A stretch of 64,000 nucleotides of DNA from Azolla caroliniana (taxonomy: Eukaryota; Plantae; Polypodiophyta), in assembly GCA_043228905.1 (NCBI GenBank), contig JBHGNT010000008.1:16244001-16308000 (forward strand). The letters run 5' to 3'. A model generated the notes under the pieces. That model did not search any database, had not been told where the DNA came from, and worked only from the letters and a program-made list of their open reading frames with translations. Every line of letters begins with the position of its first letter. Position 1 is the first letter of the stretch. Shown one piece after another: positions 11,835 to 24,975 of this stretch. A program made the translations under genes and the position numbers.

Positions 11835-13080
11835 ACGTATTACGTTCACAAACATATGTTACGTTTGTGTATGAGGTCATTACCTTGATTTGTATGTAAA
11901 TGGTATGCGTATGAGGTCAATACCTCAATTGCGTATTACGATTAACCCTTATTTTTAGATGTTTCGTGTGTGTAGAGGGTATATGCCTCGATTACATCAT
12001 TTTTGGCTATTTTATATTACAATTTCTTTTATATATGCATATGTGGTCACATGTATACGTATTTGATCGTATATATGTGATAATATACATATGTGTATAT
12101 AAGTTATTACGTGATTTCAATATCGAATGTTTCCCTTTTCAGGGAAAGGATCTTGGTGGCCGTCCTCACAGTTTTGTGAGAATGATGTTGTCACCATCCC
12201 TTTTTCAACAAATTTTTATTGTTGACATCCCCGTTGGTGACTTCGATTTCGTTACGTAATGAAACAATCTTAGCCACAATGGTGTTGAGAACATAGGGCT
12301 TGACCCACTTGATGTGAGTTCGCTCTTATGACACACATATCTAACATCCCTCCCTTATTACATGGATACGATGCCACCATGAGCTCATTGTTACGAAAGG
12401 CATTCGTAATGACGTAACCATGTGATGGGCCACGTGGGCCTACTACGAAAATAGGGTTCATTTGGCTTGACCTTTAGGTTGCCCTTTAGCATATGCCATC
12501 GTAATTACGAGACTTGAGGTCAGGTAACGTACCAACAAAGTTTGTGGTAAACGAGGGGGAAATAAGGACTCTTGACATATATGTTCCTTTTAAAAAAACA
12601 TATATGGGCAAATGCCTCACATATCTCTTATACACATTAAATATTAAACATTCAAGAAGTTGGTTGGCTCAAGTGTTTAATGCATTTGTTCTCGAGGTCT
12701 CGAGTTCAAATATGACCAAGACCATACAACATTGTTGATACATATGATTATAACACATGTTTAGACTTGAGGTCTAAGTGCACTTTGGGGTCCTCGTAAT
12801 AGGACTTATTCATGACGTGAATATACATGGTTGAGCCGCCATGAAAAAAATTGATATAGAGATCAAGGAAAGACATTTATTTGTCACCCCCATAGTTTTT
12901 AAAACACCTTTGTGTTACCATAGTAACTTGATCTTGAACCTCATCTCATACATCTAGAGGGGTATTTACATGAGATCATGATATCGATTAATGTTTGGCC
13001 ATGATATGTTTACATCACGACATGATGTTATTACTATTTTTTTGACCTTATCCTATTTCTTTTCCAGAAATAATCATACA

Positions 13081-16000
13081 ATGGCTCAAAATAATGACCC
13101 GATGTCATCCGCTCAAGCGGAAGGAACTCAAGGAAATCATCCTGGACAAATGTCCATTGAGATATATTTTCCACAAATAAGCCAATACCTTAGTTTCACC
13201 ACGCAACAGATGACCGAACTTCGGCAATCTCAAAGTGCTCTCGAGGCACGTGTCATTAGTTTACAACGTGAGACTAATAGACCTGATCAGCGACAGGGTG
13301 AACCATCGTTTGTCGTTAAGCCATTTACATGAGAAAAAAATGAAAGAACCGAAGAAGCAATCTGCATGTGGTTGGGCTGATGGGAGTCTCATTTTGAGCT
13401 CTATTCCACGCCAGATAGTACGAAGATTGCATATGTCGGCTGAGAACTAGGGGGTAAGGCCGCCGCCTGGTGGCGTGGGCTCCGAACGTTGGGGAAATTG
13501 CCTGATACCTAGACAGATTTTGTCACAGTTTTTAAGGGCCAATTTCTGCAACCTCCCTCTCGAACCGAGGCAGCTCAAGCTTTAATGAACCTCTCTAGCA
13601 GGAAGTTTTCCTCGCTAGAAGACTATGTTCACCATGCTAGAACCCAAATCCAAAAATCGGGTCTAGAAGGGGACAATTGGTTAATAGTTTGTTTTGTCAA
13701 TGGCATCCCCAATTCGGACTATCATTGGATAGTGCACGATAAGGATCCAAAATCCTTCGAAGAGGTCGTTGAAATAGTTCTTCACTATCAATGCACTTTG
13801 AAGAAGGACCATAACAAGCCCAACGAAGCGCCCGAGACTAAGCAATCACAATTCGCTGGGAAACGCAAGTCACCCAACGAATTCATGGATCACGATTGTA
13901 AGCAACAACATCCTTTTTGCATATTCTGCAAAAAGAAGTGTCATACTAAAGAGAAATGTTGAAAGCTCAAATGGAAAGAGCATGACAATAAAGCTAAAAA
14001 TGTAGACCATAAAGGTCAGATTTCTAATGTCCTTTAGGTCTATACACATCATTTAAGTAATTGTCAATGTTCTTTCTCTCACTATGTATTGGGTCCCAAT
14101 GATTTACTACGTGCAAACGGGTATATCAATGGATCTCCCGTACAATTTTTGTTTGATTCGGGAAGCTCACACAACTTTGTGAATGATCGTTTGGTTCAGA
14201 TATGGGGAATCTAACCCACCGTAAGTGATCACACCTATACGGTGCACTTGGCTGCTGGAAGAGTACAATACATCAACGGGGCGATTCATTCATTAGGAAT
14301 TTCTATTGATACTTATGTAGATGAAGTAGACTTCCATGTAATGAATCTTTGTACCACTGATGTAATATTGGGTTATCCCTGGTTTTATAATAAAAACTCT
14401 TCTTTATCTATTCATTGGGTTCATCATTCAATAAATTTTGTACTGAACGATTGTACTCATTTTATTCAATGTGTAAAAAAACAATCCCTCTCGATTGTTT
14501 CCTCTCCATTAATATCCGAGTTGTCTTGTTCTACTCTATTTTATTGTGTACTTGATCCCGACATTCACGTTTACAATATCGATAATGTCTCGGTTCAATT
14601 AACATATTTTGAACAACAACTTGATGAAATCTTAAATGATTTTCGTGATGTTTTTCCCAGTGAACTACCACATGGGTCACCTCCTAAACGTAATATAGAC
14701 CATCGTATAGATATTGTACCTGGCGTTGCACCAATAAGTATACCTCCTTATCGCTTAAGTCGATCCGAAGAGGATGAGGTATCTAAGCAACTCAAGGACT
14801 ATTTACGAATGGGTTATATACATTATAGTAAATCTCCATGGGGTGCACTAGTTCTCTTAGTTAAAAAGAAAGAGGGCACATGGCGTATGTGTATTAATTA
14901 CCGACGCTTGAATAAAATGACGATCAAGAATTCATATCCATTGCCCCGGACTGACGATCTAATTGACCGTCTCCAGGGAGCTCGGTATTTTACGAAACTT
15001 GATCTCCATACTGGCTACCATCAAATTCGTATAAGTGAGGACGATGTTCCTAAAACGGCATTTCGTACGCGCTATGGCCATTATGAGTTTTTGGTTATGC
15101 CTTTTGGTTTGACCAATGCTCCAACTACATTTCAACAAGACATGAATGACATTTTTCGAGAACAACTTGGAAAGTTTGTCGTTATTTTCTTGGATGATAT
15201 TTTAGTTTATAATCGTACATTACAAGAACATGTTAAACATGTCCGCTTTGTTTTACAAACATTGCGTGACAAACAGTTTTATGCGAAGATCTCAAAATGT
15301 GAGTTCTTCAAGAAATCAATTACTTATCTTGGACATCTCATAACCGAACGAGTTGAAATTGATCCTTCTCGCATCGAGAAAATCAAGCTTTGGTTCACTC
15401 TTTGGAATATTCGAGAAGTTCGATCATTCCTTGGTTTTGTCGGCTTTTTGGGAAAATCCCTTCGTAATTACTCCCAATTGACGACGTCGTTTACTGACCT
15501 CACCTACACAACCTATTTTCTGGAATGTTACACTAGACCTCGCCTTTAAGGAACTCAAGGACCTAGTGTGCAAGGCTCTGTCACTTCTTTTACCTGATCC
15601 TTAAAAACCTTTTGAGGTTTAAACCAATGCAAGTGATTATGCTATAGGTGTTGTCTTATATCAAGATGGTATACCAATAGCATTCGAGAGTAAGAAACTT
15701 GATTCTTCTCAATGTCGGTATACAATTCAAGAAAAGGAATTATTTGCAGTTATACATGTGCTCAAAACATGGAGCCATTATCTTTATGGAAATCGCTTTT
15801 GTGGTAACTACGGACCACAAGTCCTTGAAATATTTTTGTGACCAACAAGACCTGAAAGGTCGTAAGGCACGATGGGCTGATCTCATCTAGGACTTTGATT
15901 TTTCCATACGATATCGTAAAGGTTCCATCAACACTGTCGTTGATGTACTAAGTCACATCTGTGAAGTTAACATGCTTAGCTCCACTGAAATAACATCATA

Positions 16001-17930
16001 TCTTTATGATCACCTTCGAGGAAAGTATACTAATGACAATTACTTTGCAAAATACTGGGCAAGAATTGAGTCTGCAACAAACACCACCACCTCCTCGAAG
16101 GAATACCTCCACATTGCTAACGGTCTGCTCTATCGTAATGGGAAGGTTTGTGTTCCAGATTTACCTAAGGTCAAAAAGAGAAGTCTTTTTGAATGCCATG
16201 ATGCACCCTCTACAGGGCACCCTGGAATACATTGTACAATCGTTCTCATCTCCACTCAATTCTATTGGCCTAAGATGCATCCTGACATACATAGCTATGT
16301 GACTAAATGTCACCAATGTCAGGTTAACAAAGCTGAGCGACTTAAAGCCACATGACTTTTACATCCATTGGACATTCCCAACAATAAGCGGGAAAGTATA
16401 TCCATGGATTTTATTGTTAGCCTTCCTCGCACCCAAAAAAGGCCATGATGCCATCTGGGTTGTGGTTCATAGACTAAATAAAATGTCCAGATTTATTGCT
16501 ACTAAAACCACGGTAACAACTCCTAAATTGGCTTTTATGGGTTACTGATGGATATTGTGAGTGATCGAGATCCAAAATTTACTAGTGACTTTTGGACGCA
16601 AGTCTTTAAGAAGTTAGAAACTACATTGAGCATGAGCTCCACAGATCATCCTCAATCCGATGGACAGACAGAACGAGTAAATCAAATTATTGAGGACATG
16701 CTTCGAGCATACGTTGGTACAAAACCAACAAAATGGGAACGATATCTCCCAATTTTGGAGTTTGCTTATAACAGCTCCAAGCATATGTCAACGGGATATA
16801 GTCCTTTTATGTTGATGTATGGTTTTCAGCCATGAGCCCCGATTGATGTTAATATACATCATGATGAGTTGCGAAGTACACAAAACTTTCTTTGGGATAT
16901 GCAAGATATGTTGCATATTGCACGAGATAATATAAAAACAGCTCAAGATAGAGCACGTTTTTATACCGATCATCATAAGCAACCTCGTGTATTCAACCCT
17001 AGATAGAAGGTATTTTTACGTGTACCTCACAATTCTAAGACATTGTTTAAGGGTAAGTGCGCTAAGTTAGCCCCACGATTTTGTGGACCTTTTACAATCC
17101 TCAAACGCATTGGGTCATCAGCTTATCATCTCGCTCTTCCCGATGGTGTTGAAATTCATCCAGTTTTTCATGTGAGTCGTCTAAAAGAACTTCTAGGTTC
17201 TGGCGACAATACAGTTACATTTGAAACTCTGGTTACTTCTAAAGAATTATCTTCTAAACTGCATGTACTAGAAAGAATTCTCGATGTTGAAACAAAAAAA
17301 TTACGTACTAAAGAAATCCGAGAATTTAAAATAAAATGGATGGATAAATCAATAAAAGATGCCACATGGGAACGCGACAATACTCTCAAAACTAACTTCC
17401 CTAACTTTCCATTGCAAGAGTGCAATGCTTTAAAGAGGGGGAGTATGTTACAAGCTTGACCATATAATATCCCGTGGTGAGAATTTACCGTAATATTCTA
17501 TATATGTGGATAAGTGTGAGGGTTAAATGAGAGTGTAAAGAAGGGGAGGATTACTTTTAATCCTCGTGATTGAGACAACCCATTAGGCCAAGTGTGAACT
17601 TGCCTGGGGGCCGTGGGTATCGCTATAAATAAGAGGCCTCGCTACCCTCATTTCATCATCTGTTTACTACGTCGAAACTCTATTTCGTGGTGGTTCAACT
17701 CTTGTAGCGAGCATGCCAACACCAGGTACAGCTCGACGCCACGACGGTAGTGTGGGACGCCGATTGAGGCTCGAGTCCGTCTCGATCCCTTCGCTCGGGG
17801 GTGGTCGGGTGGATCAACACCCTTCTTTCTCTATCTCCTTTCTATCTATCTATCTATCATTCTTTTATTCTTATCATATGCTTACATTAGGGCATATCTC
17901 TAATAGCTGCCTTCTCGTCCCGTTGGCATT
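13081..17930 (+). mobile_element. Degenerate Ty3/gypsy chromovirus (G3); 5' LTR not identified
   Basis: Gag with CIFCKKKCHTKEKC; protease FDSGSSHNF near 14150; RT ([13 protein letters not shown]); RH; INT (SDRDPKF, QSDGQTER, GPF); chromodomain ERILD...FKIKW...ATWE; PPT 17432-17445; 3' LTR from 17446 with an uncertain right end. Confidence 0.88.
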
Positions 17931-20900
17931 TAGTTGATTCGGCTTCTCCAAATCTTGAACCGAATCGGTTTCCTCCGATTTGTTCCAACTCTTGTCCGAA
18001 TCGGTCGCTCACCATTCGTTCCGTCTCTTGTCCGAGCCGGTGTTCTCCAACTCGTCTCCCGGTTTCAAGCCCTTCACCACATTAGACCATGTCCGGGTCA
18101 TGGCCTTCTCCTTCCAGTCGGCTCTGTCCTTCTTGACTCTGCCGCCACCGCCGCTCGTTCCGACTTGTTCGGATGTGCCAACTTCATTTGACGACCCGAC
18201 TTCCTTTTTCCTCTTGTCTCCCTCTTTGTTGGTTTGTTTGCCTTTGGCCGTTCTACCCCTCAAGTGCGACATGTTGAGATGCTGAACACCAAGCATTTCG
18301 GTGAAGTGTTGCAATTTGTCCGATCCGAGCGGTTTGGTGAAGTTGTCGGCAACCTGCGATCCGTCTGAACATACCGAAGTTCAACTTCACCGCTCAAGAC
18401 CCGCTCACGCACGAAGTGATAATGCACTTCTATGTGCTTTGTTCGAGCATGGAATATGGGGTTCTTGGCAAGTTGTATGCTGCTCATGTTGTCACAGTAG
18501 ATAAGGATTGGGGTTGGCACCTCGATCCAAAGATCTCGAAGCAGTCATCGAAGCTAGATGGCTTCATAGGTGGCATTGGTAGCGCCCCGGTACTCAGCCT
18601 CAATGCTCGACAGAGCCACTGTTGGCTGCTTTTTGCTACTCCACGCAACAGCCGCTCTACCTAGAGAAAACATGTAACTGGAGGTGGACCGGCGATTTGA
18701 TGCATCACCATCCCAATCGGCATCTATGTATCAAACTAGATTTTTAGTTATACCATGCCAGTATAATAGTCCCTAGTCCTTCATGCCGCTCACATACCGC
18801 AATATTCAATGCGCGCACTGAAGGTGCTCCACGGTTGGCTTCTACATGAATTGGTTGATCACACCGACCGGATAATTGATGTCGGGTCGGGTGATTGTCA
18901 AGTATATCAGGCTACCGACTATTTGTCAAAGCCGTTTCTCATTGCAGGCCGGTTCAGAGTTGGGACGGAGCGTCTGGTTCCAGTCCAAGGATCTCGAGAC
19001 AGGTTGACATTCCGTCATGCTGAACTTGTACACCATATTCAACACATAGTGTTGTTGTGAGAGCAATATGCCGTCAGGGGTTCCGATCACCTCGATCCCA
19101 AGGAAATAATGAAGGTCCCCAGGTCCTTCATCTCAAATGTGTTTGACAGATGGGCCTTGACACGGTCGATTTCATTGAGTCCGGGTCCGGTGATGACTAA
19201 ATCATCTACATAAAGTAAGATGCAAACCGGACCGTTCGGACCTTGCCGCATGAACAACGATGAGTCGGATTTAGAGGTCACAAACCCCATCTTACGCAAC
19301 CGGTGCGTGATCTTCGCATTCCAAGCTTTGGGGCCTTGTTTCAGACCATAAAGCGACTTCTTAAGCCGGCACACTGCCGACTTGTTCATCTCCGACTGAA
19401 AACCATGAGGTTGGATCATATAGACCCGTTCTTCAAGGTCACCTTGAAGAAACACATTCTTCACGTCCATATGGTGAAGATGCCACCCCCTTGCCGCAGC
19501 AACTACTAGTACCACACGAACCGTCGTCATCTTCGCTACCGGAGCGAAGATCTCGTCGTAGTCAATTCCATGGGTCTGTGCATATCCCTTCGCCACTAAC
19601 CGATCCTTGTACCGGTTAACCGAACCGTCGACATTGTACTTTACCTTGTGCATCCATTTACAACCGATTGGTTTACAATGTCGGGGAGGGTTAACGAGGT
19701 CCCATGTGTCGTTGGCATCGAGTGCCCACATTTCTTCCTCCATAGCGGCATCAAGTCCCATGTGTCCTTTGTTGTTTCTGCGTAGCTCTCCGGCTCACGC
19801 AGTTCCGCCACTTTGGTCATGTACGAATACTGATGCGCCATGTACTCATTGTACCCATACCGCGTAACGGGGTTCTTCTGGCGGGAAAACCGGCGTAACT
19901 TGTCTTCACCCGGTTTGGGGTCTTTCGTGGCTGGTTCGGACTTCGTTCCCGAAGATCCGCCTTCATCCTTGCCGGAGTCAGATCCACTCCGATCCGACTG
20001 TTTATTGTTGGTGTCGAATTCCGGCATCTTCTTCTTCCCCTTCTCTTTCTGCATGAACCTTCTCCTCGGTTCCTTGTGTGGGGAGAGCAGGTAGAGTCTG
20101 CACTACTCGTTGGTTCCTCATCAGACTGGTCATTCCGACCTAGTCGCTCATTCGGCCCACTCAACCGAAACGATTCCACTCTCTTCTAGAGTCTCAAGCT
20201 CGTCATCTTCTATCTGGACTGGCCTCATCTTCCAGGATTGGGTCAGAGTCATAAGTCGGAGTTGGTAGAGAGTACCGCGATGCCGTCTCGTCGAACTCAA
20301 CATACCGGCTTACTCGGACCTGCTTAGTCTGGGGGTTATAGCACTTATACCCCTTTTGCTCATGCGAGTAGCCGATTAGGATGCACTTCTCCGACTTCGG
20401 ATCCAGCTTCCTCCGCTTCTTATCTAGTACGTGCACATATGCTATGCTACCGAATATCTGAAGGTGTTTCAAATTCGGCTTCCGCCCGAAATACAGCTCA
20501 TGTGTTGACACCTTGTCTCTGATCCGGTTTTGGATGTAGACGGTCGTCCGGACCGCCTCAGCCTAGTAGAATTGGGGCATGCTCTTCTCCTCCAGCATTG
20601 CCCTTGCCGCATCGACAATCGACCGGTTCTTCCTCTCCGCCACACCATTTTGTTCCGATGTGTATCGGCAGCTGAATTCTCTCCGAATTCCGTTCTACTG
20701 TAGATAACTGTTGAATTGGCCGGAATTTTCTGCCATCCAACTGCAATCACTTAGTCTTTCTATCCGTTTCCCGCTCAACTAAGTTTTGCAAGTTCCACAA
20801 ACATTCAAAGACTTCGTTCTTCTGTTTGATGAGGTAGATCCACGTGTACCAGCTGTAGTCGTCGATGAAGGAGATGAAATACCGACTCCCGCCAAGACTG

Positions 20901-21292
20901 ACGTTTTGTGCCGGTCCCCATACATCCGAATGTATTAGATTGATCTTGTTACAGCTCCGATGTCGTGTGGTTTTTCACACACAAGATTAAAACTAGTAAA
21001 ATAATTATTTAAGATTAGCTTAAAGTATTCATATAGATAGGTGTCTTCAAGAGTTTCATAGCGTATTTTACTACGCATGAAATGGATAAACAAGTATCAA
21101 GCTATGTGAGTGTGAAGTTTGAAGAAGAAGAAAGAAAAGACAAAACTGTGAGATATCCCACATAGATAGGACAACATTGGAACCTAGGATATATAAGGGA
21201 AACCAAAACATATTCATTCTATCAATGTGTGGAACACAAAATGTTCAAGGTGACTCGGGCTACATTGTGTGGTGTGCACGCTTCGGGCATAT

Positions 21293-21560
21293 GCGCGTAT
21301 GCACAGCCGTGATTATGCTTTGGGCGTATGTGCGTATGCACGGTCGTGTTAACGCTTCGGGCGTATGCGCGTATGCACGGTCGTGCTAACGCATCGGGCA
21401 TATGCGCGTATGCACGGTCGTGCTAACGCATCGGGCATATGCGCGTATGCACGGTCGTGCTAACGCATCGGGCATATGCGCGTATGCACGGTCGTGCTAA
21501 CGCATCGGGCGTATGCGCGTGCGTATGCACGGTCGTGTTAACGCTTCGGGCGTACGCGCG
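21293..21560 (+). repeat. 37-bp CpG-rich tandem array (about 7 units) in the G4 5' LTR
   Basis: TGCAC core at 21300, 21337, 21374, 21411, 21448, 21485 and 21526. Confidence 0.9.
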
Positions 21561-22795
21561 TGTGCATGGCCATGTGGATGTCTTCGGATGTATGCGCATG
21601 TGCAAGTTCCGGGCATACGCGTGCACGGTCGCGCGGATGCGAACACGGCGCGGTCAGGATGCACGCGCGCAAGCGTGGATGCGTACATTTCGACGCAGTC
21701 AGGACTTTTGTGTGCGGACGAGCGCGCGGATGCGTACACTACGCGGTCGGCACGTGCATTGCGCGGTCGAGACTTTTGCGCGCGGACGCGTTTACGGTTT
21801 GGTTGCGACGCACGTACAGATTGCGCACGGGCTAAACTTTATGGATGATTGGGTCATTTGGCTGAATTATACGGACAATCGCATGCAACCAAAAGCTTAG
21901 GCCATGCAACTAAAAGTAAAAGGCATGTATCTAAAAATGGAAGCATGCAACTAAAAGCAGCGGTCGGGACTTTTGCGTGCGGATGAACGCGCGGATGAAC
22001 GCGCGGATGCGTACACTACGTGGTCGGCACGTGCACTACGCGGTCGAGACTTTTGCGCGCAGACGCGCCTACGGTTTGGTTGCGACACACGTACGGATTG
22101 CGCACGGGCTAAACTTTATGGATGATTGGGTCATTTGGCCGAATTATACGGACAATCGCATGCAACCAAAAGCCAAGGCCATGCAACTAAAAGTAAAAGG
22201 CATGTATCTAAAAGTGGAAGCATGCAACTAAAAGCAGAGGTCATGCAACTAAAAATAGAGGCCATCCAACTAAAAGTGGGCATGCAAAGTAACATTGGGG
22301 AGGAGGATCAACGAGGAGCTTGATATATGTCCCATTTTTCCCTACTAGTTTTTTTTTTTTCGCCCCTCTTCCTTCTTCTTCCCTCTGGGTTTTCGAGAAA
22401 CAAATTATCTCACATATTGATATCAAACTCCTAGCTTTGGGGACTCGATCTTTCTTGTCAAAAATTATCTCTCGTATTCATATCGGACCACTCCTTGCAT
22501 GGTTGTTGGCTCCTTTCTTTGAAAAATTAATCTCTCATTTCCATACCCAACCCATTGTAACACGATTTTGAAATTATAAAGAATCGATTTTCTTTTGCAA
22601 TAAAGGAATGATTTGTCTCTCCCACTTGTCTTATGCTTAAAACTTGCTTGTGTTGTATGTGTTGCACTAAATCCTTCTAGTCCAGAACCCCGGCGGTTCC
22701 ATCTCACAATCCGCACATAGTGACGGATTTTCACGACATAATTAAGTGGTGAACCCGACGTGAAAGAGGTGGTAGGAAGGATATCAAGTGTAACA

Positions 22796-24975
22796 ATGGC
22801 TTCAACAAGTGGAAATCAAGGAGAGGAATTAACGAAAGGCATGGTGTCCGTAGTGGAATACATGCTGAAGGTGAGAGATCGAGAAGCTTTAATCAACAAA
22901 GCTGTTGACCGTACGGTCGAGATAGCTGGATGATTTGGTGGCAAGAACATCACGGATTTTCTTGCTACCTATCGGAACGAGATGCAACAAAGGGATGTCA
23001 ACGATCTCAAACAAATTTCTAGCTTCAAACGTGTGGTGGAACCACGGATCCGCGAGCGCATCATGGAGATCCAAAGCGAGCATGCAACTTGGGCGGAGTT
23101 CGAAAAGGCGCTTCTTGTTGAATACATGCTTGAAGATGCGTCACGGATGACTCGACATACGCTCATGACGTGGATCGAGAAGAAAGGGAAGAATATGTGT
23201 GCGTCGGGAGTATATGCGGAATTCGACCAAAAGTACAACCGACTTCCGAGTGTTGATCAATAAGTTCTCGATGGAGATAAAGTCCTACTATTCCTGAAGA
23301 CAGTGGATGCAAAAGATCAGCGAGAATTGGGGAACTTTTTGGAGGACGAAACACAACCGAATGGCTTGGTAGCGGACTGGGCGATGGTGAAGAAGGCTTG
23401 TAGCTGTCTTGATAAGCATCGACAATGGCAAGAGGAAACTGATATGGAGAATCCACAATCGTGGAGGAGGAAGGCGCCTATGATGATCGAGCCTAGCAAG
23501 CCGATCAACAATTTCGACAAGAAAGCGATGGAAGAATCCATAATCGAAGAGCTCTCCAAGAAGTTTGAAGCGGTATCATTGGCCAACTTAGGTCGACGCG
23601 GGCCAAAGGGAAAAGAAGCATATAGATGTGTGTGGTGCGACAGCTTCGAGCAATCACGAAGGGAGTGCACCGACTTGCAAGTCTACGCGATTCGCAAGAA
23701 TGTCGTCTATTTGGACGGCAACATGATTCACTCGAGCGAGACCCGAAAGCCGCTACGAGTGAACTTCAGAAGAGGCGGGCTGAAAAAGATCGTGGAAGAG
23801 TAAGATGCAAGGCATGTGGAAGCCATGCACTACCCCGCATCGGCGGGAATACGAGTTGGAAGAGAGAATCTAAAGACGATCAAGCCGGGAGTTGGGTTTT
23901 GGCCAACGGTATTCGAGTGTGAAAAGAGAGGAAAAATAGATTTGGAGGATCTCAAACATGCTGATCGGAATGTGCGACGAGTAACCGGATGGTCGGATTC
24001 GACGATAACACAAGCTTTGCGGAGGTTGTGTGCGACAACTATGAGGCTCTTGTCGAAGAGAAGAGGAAAAGAACCGGTGAAGAAGATGGCACCTCAAAGC
24101 GTCACAATACAAGTAATGCAGGGAAAGAAGGACAAGCCCAACCTATGCTACGAAAAGAGATAGGACAAACAAGCATGAAGCCCGGTGGATCGAGCCAACC
24201 TTCTCAGATGGAAGTCGATGAATCTGTGAAGAAAGGAAAGGAACGAATAGCACCGACTTATAAGCTAAGGTTGGACATAGAACAAACAACCAACTTGTGG
24301 AAGGTCCTTGAGGAGAAGGTTTTAGACAGTCATGTCGACCTTACTTTGAGAGAGCTACTTGGGATCGCTAAGAAGGAGTTCCATGATACTATCATGGACT
24401 TGATTAAGAGGAAGCGGCAACAATCGGATGAAGAAGAGGTGAAAACAAGTGCCATAACCATGGCAAGATCCGAACAAGAGGAGGAAGAAGAAGTGATGGC
24501 GGACAACCATTACTCTCGGCCTCATTGGGCAAGAGCGACAACGGAGAAGCTGATGAAGATCGGAGAGAAGGAGACTGTGGTAGCCTTGATTGACCATGGT
24601 TCAGAGATTAACCTCATGTCGACTGAATTCTACAAGAAAGGAAGATGGCCGATCAACAAAAACCACGGATGGAAGATAGGAGCGGCAACGAAGGCCACGG
24701 AAGACTTGTACGGAGCTTGCCCCAATGTTAAAGTCACAATCAGAGATGTGGAGATGGATCAACACTTCTTCGTGCAAGACTCGGCTTCACATCCCGTCAT
24801 CCTAGGACAACCATATATCACATCGTCCCGGATGGAAACTAAGGTGTTCGATAATGGAGCTGCCTTCGCGCGAGTCAAGAGCCTTGACAATCAAAGATTT
24901 GTTCAATTCCTTACGGTGCGGGCTAATCACGAAAGGAACCAAGATAGCCTTGGAGGCGAATCCTCAGATTTTTAG
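22796..24975 (+). pseudogene. G4 gag-protease (disrupted)
   Basis: ATG at 22796; degenerate knuckle CVWCDSFEQSRREC; protease LIDHGSEIN; several stops and frameshifts. Confidence 0.88.

Noticed and set aside
12950-12985. Candidate 5' LTR end and PBS for G3
   Set aside because: The upstream sequence does not match the 3' LTR at 17446, and no tRNA complement is recognisable.
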